The notes: a model not told the origin generated them from the letters alone. Shown: positions 1-9,972, counted from the stretch's first letter. The stretch: DNA of 64,000 nucleotides from Chloroflexota bacterium (GCA_027298025.1 JAPUGV010000222.1:5146-69145), one strand, 5' to 3'. Numbers and translations are program-made.

Positions 1-1
1 T

Positions 2-148
2 ATGATCCCAGCCATCGACCGTTTCTTTGAAGATGTCATGGTCATGACCGAGGATAAGTCGCTGCGAGAGAATCGCTTGGCGCTGCTTCAGCGGGTAGTG
101 CAGCTTGCTAGCGGGGTCGTTGACCTATCCAGGCTGGAAGGCTTTTAG
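2..148 (+). CDS. glyS: 3' end of glycine--tRNA ligase beta subunit (partial, enters from the window edge)
   Basis: The frame is open from the window edge to TAG at 146-148. It translates to MIPAIDRFFEDVMVMTEDKSLRENRLALLQRVVQLASGVVDLSRLEGF. FF-x-x-VMVM...LR-x-NRL-x-LL is the GlyS C-terminal tail as I remember it. Confidence 0.5.
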   Translation: MIPAIDRFFEDVMVMTEDKSLRENRLALLQRVVQLASGVVDLSRLEGF

Positions 149-242
149 GCTCTCAGCGTGCTCGCGGAGCGGGTGTTACCTAGATTGGAAGGAAGAAGGT
201 ACTAGCGATTGGGCCTAGAGGGTAGACAAAACGTAGTTATCA

Positions 243-271
243 TTGCAACCGCATAGGCGCGGGTTTATAAT
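243..271 (+). promoter_or_regulatory. sigma-A type promoter candidate for the dnaG-sigA operon
   Basis: TTGCAA (243-248), a 17-nt spacer, then TATAAT (266-271). It lies 47 nt upstream of the dnaG ATG. Confidence 0.45.
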
Positions 272-318
272 CGCCGCCCACTTTTCATGGAACATCTCGT
301 GCAGGTACTGAAAACCAA

Positions 319-2175
319 ATGACTGTAGTAGAGGAAGTTAAGGACCGGATCGACATCGCCGAAGTGATCGGCCAATCGGTGCAGCTGAAGAAATCCGGCA
401 AGAACTTCACCGGTTTCTGTCCCTTCCATGCCAACACCCGGACGCCGGCATTCGTCGTGTTTCCCGACACGGGGACCTGGCGCTGCTTCGGAGCATGCAA
501 CGAGGGTGGAGACGTTTACAAGTATGTGATGAAGGCGGAAGGTTGGGACTTCCCCCAGGCCCTGCAGCATCTAGCGGAGCGGGCGGGAGTCGAACTCCGA
601 CCTCGAACCCCCGCGCAGGAAGCGCAGGAAGAGGCGCAGAAGGGCCTGCGAGCACTGCTTGAATCGGCGGTTACATTTTATCGCCACAATCTCCTGCACA
701 GCGAGCCGGTCTTGGAGTACCTGCACGATCGAGGTTTCTCGACAGAGACCTTGGAGAGTTTCGGGATTGGGTACGCCATGGAATCTTGGGACGCGCTCCA
801 GACCTTTTTGCTGGACAAGGGGCATGAGCGGGAGGAGCTGCTCGAGGCAGGCTTGATCGTGGAACGCGAAAACGGAGGATATTACGACCGCTTCCGCAAC
901 AGGATCATGATCCCGATTCGTGACGCGCGCGGCCATTTGGCAGGTTTTGGTGCCCGGGTATTCAACCCGAAAGATCAACCGAAGTTCATCAACTCTCCGC
1001 AGACCGTGCTGTTTGACAAAGGGCGGCTCCTGTACGGGCTGGACTTGGCACGCAAGGCCATCCGGACCGAAGACCAGGCGGTGGTGGTGGAGGGGTATTT
1101 GGATGTGATTGCCTTGCATCAAGCTGGCCACGGGAATGCGGTTTCGCCTATGGGAACCGCGCTGACTTCCCATCAGCTACGTACCCTAAAACGCTACAGC
1201 CGCAACATCGTCCTGGCGCTTGACGCGGATGCGGCCGGAAATCAGGCTACGCTCCGGGGGCTTAACGTCGCTCGGGAAGCTCTCGACCGCGACCCCGACC
1301 CGGTCTTTGACGCGCGCGGGCTTGTTCGCTACGAGGGTCGCCTGAATGCGGAAATCCGGATTGTGGGATTGCCGGATGGGAAGGATCCGGATGAGGTTGT
1401 GCTGGACGATCCCGATGCGTGGAGCGACTTGCTTCAGAAGGCAACCCCCGTTGTTGAGTATGTGATGGACGTGCTGATTGATTCGAGCGACTTGCAGGAT
1501 GCAAAAAACAAGGCGGCAATCGCCCGGCAGGTGCTGCCGCTTATCGAAGATGTTCTGGATCCTATTGAGCGGGAAACCTACCGCCAGGGACTCGCACGCC
1601 GCCTGAAGGTGGATGAGCGTGCAATGATGGGCTGGCGCCCGGAAAAGACAGTCCGATCCGGGCAAGCGGCTCAGGAAGTTCCACAAGTGAATCAGGCGGC
1701 CACGGAGGGTTTCTGCCTAGGGCTGCTACTGAGAGATCCAGAGCTAACCTATTGGATTGACGGTCAACTACATGCGTTGGAGCTGGAGGGCCTGTCTGAC
1801 CAGGATTTCATGAGCACCGACTCTCAGGCGATTTTCAAAGCCGTCCAAACCTCTCTTGGCCAGGTAGACGAGGAACCGACCGTACGCTGGAAGGCGTTGC
1901 TTAAGGGAACGACGCTCGATCAGGCGGTCGCTTTCGCTAGCAAAGCAGAGGAAGTAGACTTCGACCGGCCAAAGGTCGCCAACGCAATTTCAGCAGATTT
2001 TCTTCGCCTGCGCATGCGCCGCGTGGAGGGGTTGCTTGAGCAACTAAGCTTCCAGCAGCAAGCCGTGCAGGAGGTGGAAACGGACGCGCAGCAGATAGTC
2101 ACTTTGGCGCAGCAAGCCCAGAATCTAGTGACGCAGAAGCGCCGGCTCGACGCGGCCCTGGCAGGGCGGAAGTAG
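319..2175 (+). CDS. dnaG: DNA primase
   Basis: 618-aa ORF. It has the CHC2 zinc finger CPFHANTRTPAFVVFPDTGTWRCFGAC and the TOPRIM blocks VVVEGYLDVIAL and LALDADAAG. Confidence 0.95.
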   Translation: MTVVEEVKDRIDIAEVIGQSVQLKKSGKNFTGFCPFHANTRTPAFVVFPDTGTWRCFGACNEGGDVYKYVMKAEGWDFPQALQHLAERAGVELRPRTPAQEAQEEAQKGLRALLESAVTFYRHNLLHSEPVLEYLHDRGFSTETLESFGIGYAMESWDALQTFLLDKGHEREELLEAGLIVERENGGYYDRFRNRIMIPIRDARGHLAGFGARVFNPKDQPKFINSPQTVLFDKGRLLYGLDLARKAIRTEDQAVVVEGYLDVIALHQAGHGNAVSPMGTALTSHQLRTLKRYSRNIVLALDADAAGNQATLRGLNVAREALDRDPDPVFDARGLVRYEGRLNAEIRIVGLPDGKDPDEVVLDDPDAWSDLLQKATPVVEYVMDVLIDSSDLQDAKNKAAIARQVLPLIEDVLDPIERETYRQGLARRLKVDERAMMGWRPEKTVRSGQAAQEVPQVNQAATEGFCLGLLLRDPELTYWIDGQLHALELEGLSDQDFMSTDSQAIFKAVQTSLGQVDEEPTVRWKALLKGTTLDQAVAFASKAEEVDFDRPKVANAISADFLRLRMRRVEGLLEQLSFQQQAVQEVETDAQQIVTLAQQAQNLVTQKRRLDAALAGRK

Positions 2176-2181
2176 AACTGT

Positions 2182-3726
2182 ATGGCAAAGACAAAGAATG
2201 CAAAACCCAACGCGAAATCCAACGATCTTGCTCCAGAACCCGTAGACGTGGTAGAGGGCGAGACGCTGGACGTCGAGCCCGATTTCAACGGGGACAATAA
2301 GGACGAAGCGAAGCAGGTTCTCGCCGACTTGCCGGAGACGGGGCCGCTATCGATGCCGGCCGACTCCGGTGATGATCCGGTCCGACTTTACCTCAAGGAG
2401 ATCGGGAGAGTTAAGCTGCTTACATCGGATCAGGAGCTCTGGCTGGCGGTCCGAATGGCTGCCCTACTCCGACTGGATGGTCTGCGGCAGGGGCGCGGGA
2501 AGAAGTCGGGCGAAGGTTCTTTGCTTGAGGCGCACCTTGATCAGTTCGATGACCTTCGAACATCTTGGAAGCGCTTGCTCGAAGATGCAAAACGCATTAA
2601 TGAATCCGAGCCGGAACTCTCTTCTTTGCTCAATGAATCGATTCATTTGAGGAGTACTTGGCAGGCAGAGCCTGGTTCATACATCCGCAGCTGGTTGGAC
2701 AATGGGCTCTGGGGAACCGATCCTGCCTGGGAAGGGGTGGCAAGAACGGCGCTCGAAGCCATGCAGGGACTCTACGCCATGCCTAAGGAGCTTCAAGGTA
2801 AGCTCCATGAGAGACTGGGCAAGGTCAAAGGCCTCCCGACCAATCGAACCTACCAGGGCTGGTTACCGGAGCCGAATGAGCTGGAGGTCGAGTATTCTGA
2901 CTTGGTGGCGCTTGCAGACGAAGCGCAAAAGGCACTGATCCGGGCCAATCTCAGGCTGGTCGTCAGTGTAGCCAAACGCTACATGGGGAGAGGGATCGCC
3001 TTCCTGGATCTAATTCAGGAGGGAAACATCGGACTCCTGCGTGCAGTGGAAAAATTCGATCCCGCGAAGGGCTATAAATTCAGTACATATGCTACTTGGT
3101 GGATTCGACAGGCGATCAGCCGCGCCATCGCCGACCAGGCGCGCACAATCCGCATTCCGGTGCACATGGTCGAGACTATTAATCGGCTAATGAGGGTGCA
3201 ACGGAGGATGGTTCAGGAGTTGGGAAGGGAACCCACATCGGAAGAACTCGCGTTGGATCTCGAGATCCTAGAGCCTGAGGATGCTGCTGCGATAAGGCAG
3301 GCATACTCGGCTGAGCGGCCGCTCGGTCCTACCTTGGAGCAAAAGCTGAGGCGCGGTGCAGAGAAAGTTCGAAAGATCATCCGCATCGCACAGGAGCCGA
3401 TGTCTCTCGAGATGCCGGTTGGATCGGAAGATTCAAGCCAACTGGCAGACTTTATTGAGGATGAAACAATGCCTCAGCCCGTTGATGAAGCCGCCAAGAC
3501 GCTTCTCAAAGAGCAGGTGCGAAATGCGCTGTCCGTCCTGACCGAACGCGAGCGGCAGGTTTTGGAAATGCGATTCGGGCTCTTGGATGGAAGAGACTAC
3601 ACGCTCGAAGAGGTCGGAAAATACTTCCAGGTAACGCGCGAGCGCATCCGGCAGATTGAAGCTAAGGCCCTGCGCAAGCTTCGTCACCCAACCCGGAGTC
3701 GCCATCTCCGCGATTATCTGTCCTAA
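2182..3726 (+). CDS. sigA: primary (housekeeping) RNA polymerase sigma factor
   Basis: 514-aa ORF starting 6 nt after the dnaG stop. Region 2 reads [37 protein letters not shown] and [15 protein letters not shown]. Region 4.2 reads [30 protein letters not shown]. Confidence 0.95.
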   Translation: MAKTKNAKPNAKSNDLAPEPVDVVEGETLDVEPDFNGDNKDEAKQVLADLPETGPLSMPADSGDDPVRLYLKEIGRVKLLTSDQELWLAVRMAALLRLDGLRQGRGKKSGEGSLLEAHLDQFDDLRTSWKRLLEDAKRINESEPELSSLLNESIHLRSTWQAEPGSYIRSWLDNGLWGTDPAWEGVARTALEAMQGLYAMPKELQGKLHERLGKVKGLPTNRTYQGWLPEPNELEVEYSDLVALADEAQKALIRANLRLVVSVAKRYMGRGIAFLDLIQEGNIGLLRAVEKFDPAKGYKFSTYATWWIRQAISRAIADQARTIRIPVHMVETINRLMRVQRRMVQELGREPTSEELALDLEILEPEDAAAIRQAYSAERPLGPTLEQKLRRGAEKVRKIIRIAQEPMSLEMPVGSEDSSQLADFIEDETMPQPVDEAAKTLLKEQVRNALSVLTERERQVLEMRFGLLDGRDYTLEEVGKYFQVTRERIRQIEAKALRKLRHPTRSRHLRDYLS

Positions 3727-3871
3727 TTTCGGACTCTCCTAGCGATAGATGCTCTTCCTTTTGCTGTAGCGGAACCTGACCTGAGGCTCAGGGAGGCAAA
3801 CCTCCCCCCACGCCTCGAGGTATGTCTTAGAATCGCCGTACACTATCCAATCCAATCCGGAGGACTTCAGC

Positions 3872-6373
3872 ATGCCAGTTAAAGCCCTGGAGCCGGCGCA
3901 ACTGTGTCAGCTGTGCGATCCAAACCAATTCGATTTCAAAACAACCGAAGACCTCGAGCACCTCACGGACTTCATTGGCCAACCCCGAGCCATTGAGGCT
4001 TTGGAGTTTGGAGTGGGGATTCGCCAAAAGGGCTACAACATTTTCGCCTTCGGGCCCGAAGGAATCGGTAAGGAAAACCTCGTTCGAAAGACATTCGAAG
4101 CCGCGGCTGCGGGTGAGCGCGTACCGTCCGATTGGTGCTATGTGGAAAACTTCGAGCAGCCCCGCAAGCCGAGGGCACTCGAGTTGCCTGCCGGGAAGGG
4201 CAACGAGTTCAAGCGCGACATGGAGCAGTTTGTAGAAGACCTGCAGAACGTGCTCCCCATCACCTTTGAAAGCGAAGAGTACCGAAGTCGAATGCAGGAG
4301 GTGCAGGAAGCTCTCAGTGAGCAACAGGAAGCTGCCCTGGGAGAACTGCGTGCTCAGGCAGAGCAGAAGGGATTGGCCGTGCTCCGTACTCCTGCCGGGC
4401 TGGCTATCGCTCCAGTCCGCGACGGTGAAGTTTTATCCCCGGAGGAATTCCAAAGCATGCCACCCGAGCAGCGGGAAAAGCTCGAGAAAGGCATCAATGA
4501 TCTGCAAGAGGAACTCCAAAAGATGCTGATTAATGTCCCGGGTTGGCAACGCGAACTAAGGGAGCAAGTCACGGACCTGAATCGGGAGATGGCAGATATC
4601 GCGGTTGGAGGACTGATCCGGCAACTTGTGGAGAAGTACGCGGAATTTGAACATATCGTGGAGCATCTGGAGGCGGTTCAGCTGGATGTTGTTCGGCACA
4701 TACGGGAGATCATCGATGAGGGCGACCCCTCTCAGTTTCCGGACCTGCCCTCCTTCAGGGGTCCGCTTGCAGCTCTGGCAGTCGGAGGCGCTCGCTCTAC
4801 CCTCCGGCGCTACCAGGTTAACCTGCTTGCCGATCACGGATCATCGGAAAGCGCACCCGTGGTTTACGAAGATAATCCCACTTTCCAGAATTTATTAGGG
4901 CGCGTCGAGCATACGGCCCAAATGGGAGCGCTGATTACGGACTTCAATTTGATCAAGCCGGGTGCGTTGCATCGGGCCAACGGCGGCTACCTGATCCTGG
5001 ATGCCCGCAAGCTCCTCCAGGAGCCCTTTGCGTGGGAGGGGCTGAAACGTGCCCTGCGATCGGAGCAGCTCAGGATAGAGACGCCCGGACAAGTCCTGAG
5101 CTTTATCAGCACCATCACTCTGGACCCCGAACCGATTCCATTGAAAGTAAAAGTCGCGCTTCTGGGGGAACCGCTTCTTTACTACCTGCTCATGGAGCAC
5201 GACCCGGAATCTCGCGAGCTTTTCCGAGTGGCCTCGGATTTTGACGATCAGATGGATCGCGATTCAGAGTCGCAAATGCTCTATGCCCGATTGATCGGAA
5301 CCCTCGCCGCCGCGCATAGCCTTCGGCCGCTTGACGCGGGAGGGGTGGCGCGGGTCATCGAGTACAGCTCTCGAATGGTCTCGGATGGGAAGAAGCTGTC
5401 GATGCAGATGAACCACGTCGCCGGCCTGATGCGGGAGGCCGATTACTGGTCAGGGAAATCCGGTCGTGAGGTCGTGACTGTGGAGGACGTCTCGAAGGCT
5501 ATCGACGCTCAGATTTATCGCTCAGACCGGATTAGGGAGCGTATTCAGGAACAGATCCACCGGGAGACGGTGTTGATTGACACCGAAGGAATACAGGTCG
5601 GCCAGGTGAATGGTCTCTCGGTACACCAATTCGGCGAATTCGCCTTCGGGCGACCCAGCCGCATTACCGCCCGTGTTCGAATGGGGAAGGGTGAGGTTTT
5701 GGACATCGAACGGGAAGTCGAACTGGGCGGCCCAATCCACTCGAAGGGTGTGCTCATTTTGAGTTCCTTCCTCGGCTCGCGCTATTCGGCGGAGCGCCAG
5801 CTCTCGCTTAACGCAAGTTTGGTATTTGAGCAGTCATACGGGGGCATTGAAGGGGATAGTGCTTCCTCCGCCGAGCTTTACGCTCTGCTTTCTTCGATTG
5901 CGGACGTGCCGGTGAAGCAATCGCTGGCAGTAACCGGATCCGTCAACCAGTACGGCAGGATTCAGGCCATCGGCGGCGTGAACGAGAAGATCGAAGGGTT
6001 TTTTGATATCAGTCAGTCTCGCGGTCTGGACGGCACTCACGGAGTGCTAATCCCCGACTCTAATGTGCAGCACCTGATGCTGCGTGGTGATGTCGTTCAG
6101 GCCGTGGAAGATGGCAAGTTTCATGTGTATCCAATTGAAACCATCGATCAAGGTATCGAGTTGTTGACCGGCATGTCCGCGGGCGAGCCGGATGCAGAGG
6201 GAAACTACCCGGAGAACACCATCAACGGCAAAATCCAGGCTCGGCTCGGAAAATTTGCCGAAGAAGCGGAGAGCGGCAAACCGCGACACGACGAAGACAG
6301 CGAAGGTGAGCAGGCGGAAGAGAAAAGCAACGAAGAACAGGAAGAACAGAATGAAGGTGGTAGCGAGTCGTGA
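3872..6373 (+). CDS. Lon-family (LonC/LonB-like) protease with an AAA-like domain, a coiled-coil insertion and a C-terminal S16 protease domain
   Basis: 833-aa ORF. The N-terminal block is IGQPRAIEALEFGVGIRQKGYNIFAFGPEGIGKENL. A long helical insertion spans roughly aa 120-270. The protease domain reads GGIEGDSASSAELYALLSSIADVPVKQSLAVTGSVNQYGRIQAIGGVNEKIEGFF, which contains the Ser-Lys dyad context. The tail is acidic. Confidence 0.85.
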   Translation: MPVKALEPAQLCQLCDPNQFDFKTTEDLEHLTDFIGQPRAIEALEFGVGIRQKGYNIFAFGPEGIGKENLVRKTFEAAAAGERVPSDWCYVENFEQPRKPRALELPAGKGNEFKRDMEQFVEDLQNVLPITFESEEYRSRMQEVQEALSEQQEAALGELRAQAEQKGLAVLRTPAGLAIAPVRDGEVLSPEEFQSMPPEQREKLEKGINDLQEELQKMLINVPGWQRELREQVTDLNREMADIAVGGLIRQLVEKYAEFEHIVEHLEAVQLDVVRHIREIIDEGDPSQFPDLPSFRGPLAALAVGGARSTLRRYQVNLLADHGSSESAPVVYEDNPTFQNLLGRVEHTAQMGALITDFNLIKPGALHRANGGYLILDARKLLQEPFAWEGLKRALRSEQLRIETPGQVLSFISTITLDPEPIPLKVKVALLGEPLLYYLLMEHDPESRELFRVASDFDDQMDRDSESQMLYARLIGTLAAAHSLRPLDAGGVARVIEYSSRMVSDGKKLSMQMNHVAGLMREADYWSGKSGREVVTVEDVSKAIDAQIYRSDRIRERIQEQIHRETVLIDTEGIQVGQVNGLSVHQFGEFAFGRPSRITARVRMGKGEVLDIEREVELGGPIHSKGVLILSSFLGSRYSAERQLSLNASLVFEQSYGGIEGDSASSAELYALLSSIADVPVKQSLAVTGSVNQYGRIQAIGGVNEKIEGFFDISQSRGLDGTHGVLIPDSNVQHLMLRGDVVQAVEDGKFHVYPIETIDQGIELLTGMSAGEPDAEGNYPENTINGKIQARLGKFAEEAESGKPRHDEDSEGEQAEEKSNEEQEEQNEGGSES

Positions 6374-7191
6374 GCGACCCCCCAAAAATCCGACACATTC
6401 TCGTCGCTATTGACGCTTCTCCTCAGAGCCTAGCAGCTCTGGAGGCAGCGGCCGAACTCGCCGCCCGCCTGGGCGCCGAGTTAGCAGGTCTGTACGTGGA
6501 GGACATTAATCTAGTTCGGCTGGCGGCCCTGCCGGCCGTTCTGGAAATCGGCGCGGCCTCCGCGCGGGCCCGACCGCTGGATCGGCGCCGCATGGCAAGG
6601 CAATTGCGCGGTCAGGCTGCGCGCGCCGAGCGGGCGATGGCGGTGGCAGCCGGCCGCACTCAAGTTCGATGGTCATTCAGCGTCGCTCGTGGATTGATCG
6701 AGACCGAGCTGCTCCAAGCGGCAAACGAGGCGGACCTGTTTGTCCTGGGCCGGGCGGGTTGGTCGGGAAAGCGCAAACTGGGCTCGACGGCCCGTAAGCT
6801 GGTTGCCGCCGGATTTCGTCGGACTTTACTTATCGAGCGAGGAGGGCGCCTGCTGCCCACCCTGATGACCGCCTACGATGGATCCGAACAATCTCAGCGT
6901 GCGCTGGATACCGCGATAGGCATCGGCGGGTACTTGGCGGTTGGCATGGTGGCTGACGACGAGGCGGAAGCCAAAAGGCTGCAAAGCGAAGTTGCGGCAA
7001 GATTGAGCTTAGTGGGCCTCGAGGCTCGCTATCGTTGGCTTGTGCGAGCTGACACGAGTGAATTGGCGGACATGGTGCGCCCCCAGGAAGAATGTATTCT
7101 CATCTTGCCGGGGGAGAGCCCCTTGCTCAAGGGGAAGAGCTTGCCGGAAGCGCTCGATGAGTTCGAATGTCCAGTGCTGCTGGTGCAGTAA
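6370..7191 (+). CDS. tandem-domain universal stress protein family protein
   Basis: 273-aa ORF. Its GTG start overlaps the Lon-like stop (GTGA at 6370-6373). The N-terminus IRHILVAIDASPQSLAALEAAAELAARLGAELAGLYVED and the block VLGRAGWSGKRKLGSTARKLV resemble USP motifs. The second half is a more degenerate USP-like repeat. Confidence 0.75.
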   Translation: MSDPPKIRHILVAIDASPQSLAALEAAAELAARLGAELAGLYVEDINLVRLAALPAVLEIGAASARARPLDRRRMARQLRGQAARAERAMAVAAGRTQVRWSFSVARGLIETELLQAANEADLFVLGRAGWSGKRKLGSTARKLVAAGFRRTLLIERGGRLLPTLMTAYDGSEQSQRALDTAIGIGGYLAVGMVADDEAEAKRLQSEVAARLSLVGLEARYRWLVRADTSELADMVRPQEECILILPGESPLLKGKSLPEALDEFECPVLLVQ

Positions 7192-7246
7192 GAACCGGAT
7201 CGCCGGGTCGAGGCTGGGGTTGGGATGGGACCATGGGTTCTGGCGA

Positions 7247-8161
7247 CTAAAGCACAGCCTTCGCCAATGCTTCGAGTCCACCCTGGTCCTCAAGGTCCAG
7301 CCACTGCAGCATGACACGGTCCGCGCCGGCTTCTTCGTACTCCCCAATTCGATCCGCGATCTGCTGCCCCGTACCCACGATCATCCCAAACTTTTCAATA
7401 CCTTCTTCTGAGTAGCCGCGTTCTTCGACCTTTCGTTTCACTTCCCGGTCATCCCTGCCAAAAACCGTCGTGTTGGCAATGGTGCGTCGGAGCTCGTCAG
7501 GCCGCCGACCTTCCGCCTCCAGAAGCTCATCCAGGTAGGCATTTAATTTCGCGAAGGTTTCCGCGGGTCTAAATCCGCCATTCCACTCATCCGCATAACG
7601 TGCGGTGAGGGGCAAGATGCGTTTCCGACCCCTGCCGCCGATTAGGATCGGAGGCCCACCCGTGCGCTGCGGTTTGGGTAAGAGCTCGGCTTCGTTCAGT
7701 TTGAAGTACTTGCCCGAAAAACTTGCCGGTCCCTCGCCCTTGAGCAATTTGTGGACGACCTCAACGCCCTCCTCGAATCGGTCAAGACGTGGCCCAATCT
7801 CCAGCAGATCGAACCCAAATTTCTCGTGCTCATATTCCTGCCAACCCGCCCCCAATCCGAGTATGAAGCGGCCCCCTGAGAGGTCATCGATGTCCTTACC
7901 CATCCGTGCTGTAAATATTGGGTTCCTGAAAGATACCGGAGACACCAACGGGCCGAACTCGATGCGGCTGGTGTTGTCTGCCAACCACGCTAACGAAATC
8001 CACATTTCCAGCGAGTCTTTGTCTGGGGGACCCATGTTTGTGAAGTGATCCGACCGATAAAGACCCGCAAAGCCCAAATCCTCGACCGATCGAGAGATAC
8101 GCTTCCAATTGTCCCAATTTAAGCCGTTTTGGCCTTCAAGAAAGATGGCGACGTCGATCAC
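7247..8161 (-). CDS. LLM-class (luciferase-like) flavin/F420-dependent oxidoreductase
   Basis: 304-aa ORF. GFAGLYRSDHF, FILGLGAGWQEYEHEKFG and IGEYEEAGADRVMLQW are typical luciferase-like monooxygenase blocks. Confidence 0.8.
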   Translation of the reverse strand: MIDVAIFLEGQNGLNWDNWKRISRSVEDLGFAGLYRSDHFTNMGPPDKDSLEMWISLAWLADNTSRIEFGPLVSPVSFRNPIFTARMGKDIDDLSGGRFILGLGAGWQEYEHEKFGFDLLEIGPRLDRFEEGVEVVHKLLKGEGPASFSGKYFKLNEAELLPKPQRTGGPPILIGGRGRKRILPLTARYADEWNGGFRPAETFAKLNAYLDELLEAEGRRPDELRRTIANTTVFGRDDREVKRKVEERGYSEEGIEKFGMIVGTGQQIADRIGEYEEAGADRVMLQWLDLEDQGGLEALAKAVL

Positions 8162-8181
8162 TAGGGTTCCTCCCGGGAGCG

Positions 8182-9090
8182 TTAGAACTTGTGGATATCG
8201 AGGATTTTGCGTTCTTTCTCGGATTCCAGGTGGGCGACCACCTCCACATAGGGTGCCAACGTGGAGTTGGCGAGCTTGCGTTTGAGCAGCTCGTCCACCT
8301 GGAAAATTCCGGCGGAGTTATTGAGCAGGATATCCACCCGAACGGGCAATTCCTCGCCCTTTTCGATTCGCACTTCTTCGATGGCCTGCGCCGACACGGA
8401 ATGGATGTTGACCTCACCCGCTTCGAAGGGGATGCGAGATCGCCCCTGCGTCATGTCCAGCGCATCTGCGACTTTCAGCACACCGGCTTCCAGGCTCAAC
8501 GGCTGAACGTCCCACCGATGGGCGATGATGGCATGCAGCACTTCGGATACGATCGTGGTTAGGTTTGGTTCGTCATAAAGATTTGCCAAAAGCTGGCGCG
8601 CCTTAGGATAGCTCAGCATCAGGCTTATATTTTCATGATTGTCCCGATGGACGGCCATCCCCACATCGTGCAGGCTTGCGGCAAGCACAACCAGAACCTC
8701 TGCATCCTCCTCCGTCAGGCCGTGTTCAGAAACTACGCTCGGCTCGACGCCCGCCGCCACGAGCAATCGCAGTATCTTTACGCAGGCATTGGCAACGATC
8801 TGGATGTGAACCGGACCATGATCGCTCATGCCGAGACGCCGGACGGCGTTGATGTTGGCCGCCTCCCAAAGCTGCTGCAGTTCTTCGTCTCCGTTGACTT
8901 CTGACAGGAGCGCCGCGAGTTTCTTGTTGCCTTGAGTGCTGACTTTCAATCGGTAGACTCCGAAACCAGAGTGAGGTATTGTAAGGCTCTTTTTCGGCGC
9001 AGAGCCGCCCAGGGAAATCCGAATTGGGATCGATCGTCCGACATCACGCGCAGTCCATGATTTGCCTCGAATCACGGGCGGAATTCCCAT
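8182..9090 (-). CDS. HD-domain phosphohydrolase (start uncertain)
   Basis: The ORF contains GPVHIQIVANACVKILRLL ... LAASLHDVGMAVHRDNHE, which is an H..HD motif. The longest ATG (9090) abuts the nuoA promoter candidate. A TTG at 8949 (LKVSTQGNKKL) is a plausible shorter start. Confidence 0.75.
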   Translation of the reverse strand: MGIPPVIRGKSWTARDVGRSIPIRISLGGSAPKKSLTIPHSGFGVYRLKVSTQGNKKLAALLSEVNGDEELQQLWEAANINAVRRLGMSDHGPVHIQIVANACVKILRLLVAAGVEPSVVSEHGLTEEDAEVLVVLAASLHDVGMAVHRDNHENISLMLSYPKARQLLANLYDEPNLTTIVSEVLHAIIAHRWDVQPLSLEAGVLKVADALDMTQGRSRIPFEAGEVNIHSVSAQAIEEVRIEKGEELPVRVDILLNNSAGIFQVDELLKRKLANSTLAPYVEVVAHLESEKERKILDIHKF

Positions 9091-9092
9091 TG

Positions 9093-9101
9093 TGATAGAA
9101 T
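9093..9101 (+). promoter_or_regulatory. extended -10 promoter candidate for the nuo operon
   Basis: TGaTAGAAT (TG at 9093-9094, hexamer at 9096-9101), 50 nt upstream of the nuoA ATG. I saw no good -35. Confidence 0.35.
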
Positions 9102-9151
9102 GAACTTATTCTGTTAAATTCGACCTGGTTCCCCCACCAGAGCCCATAAAA

Positions 9152-9508
9152 ATGCCCATCGACTACCTGCCCATCGCCGTACTTATCTTCTTCGCGGTAG
9201 GCATCGCAGTCATGACGGTGGCGCTCGGGCACATGCTCGGACCCCGCAAGAAAAATCCCAGCAAGGGTCAACCGTACGAATCTGGCATGGTTCCGTATGG
9301 ACCCGGTCAGCGACGGATGCCGGTGCACTTCTACCTCGTCGCGGTGCTTTTCATCCTTTTTGACATCGAAATCGTGTTCTTGCTGCCTTGGGCAGTTGTT
9401 CTTCGCGATCTTGCCATTTTCGGGTTAATCGAGATGGTGATCTTCGTACTGATCCTCGCGGTGGGTCTCATCTACGCCTGGAAGAAAGGGGCGCTCGAAT
9501 GGGATTAG
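9152..9508 (+). CDS. nuoA: NADH-quinone oxidoreductase subunit A
   Basis: 118 aa with three hydrophobic helices. It has the [12 protein letters not shown] motif and is the first gene of a colinear nuoA-N cluster. Confidence 0.93.
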   Translation: MPIDYLPIAVLIFFAVGIAVMTVALGHMLGPRKKNPSKGQPYESGMVPYGPGQRRMPVHFYLVAVLFILFDIEIVFLLPWAVVLRDLAIFGLIEMVIFVLILAVGLIYAWKKGALEWD

Positions 9509-9972
9509 AGAGCAAGCTCGGCAATCTGGGCGCCGTAACCACTTCGCTTGAGAAGGCGGTAGGTTGGAGCCGGACGCGTGCCATGTGGCCGCTCCTCACC
9601 GGCCTGGCGTGCTGTGCGATTGAGATGATGGCTGCGCAAGCCGCGGACTACGACTTGAGCCGCTTTGGCATGGAGATCAACCGCGCGAGCCCCCGGCAGA
9701 GCGACCTGCTGATCGTAGCCGGCCGCGTGTCGCGCAAGATGTCACCGGTATTGCGGAGACTCTACGATCAGATGCCTGAACCTAAGTGGGTGATAGCCAT
9801 GGGTGACTGCTGCTCATGCGGCGGGGTCTTCAACAACTATGCTATTGTGCCCGGAGTCGACGAGATTATGCCGGTGGACATCTACATCGCCGGATGCCCA
9901 CCGCGCCCCGAGGGGCTCATCCACGGAATCCTCACGCTGCATGACAAAGTGATGGCCGAGAAATTGGCTTGA
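9499..9972 (+). CDS. nuoB: NADH-quinone oxidoreductase subunit B
   Basis: ATG at 9499 (MGLESKLG...) overlaps the nuoA stop by 10 nt. The N2-cluster cysteines are in [19 protein letters not shown] and AGCPPRPE. The ORF-track start at 9388 lies inside nuoA and is rejected. Confidence 0.93.
   Translation: MGLESKLGNLGAVTTSLEKAVGWSRTRAMWPLLTGLACCAIEMMAAQAADYDLSRFGMEINRASPRQSDLLIVAGRVSRKMSPVLRRLYDQMPEPKWVIAMGDCCSCGGVFNNYAIVPGVDEIMPVDIYIAGCPPRPEGLIHGILTLHDKVMAEKLA

Noticed and set aside
3780-3806. Terminator after sigA (CCTGAG-G-CTCAGG palindrome and GGGAGG-caaa-CCTCCC hairpin)
   Set aside because: The stems are short and there is no U-tract. The hairpin is followed by CCCCACG. This is not strong enough to call, and it may instead be part of the leader of the Lon-like gene.
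9388-9498. N-terminal extensions given by the ORF track for nuoB (9388), nuoD (10369), nuoE (11282), nuoH (15541), groES (30427), ugd (35759), pyrH (42077), cdsA (44177), the ABC exporter (53355), the beta-helix protein (56425) and dnaE (57809)
   Set aside because: The extensions overlap the preceding gene in another frame or add non-conserved leaders. In each case an internal start gives the conserved N-terminus, usually with an SD-like sequence or an ATGA/TGATG junction.
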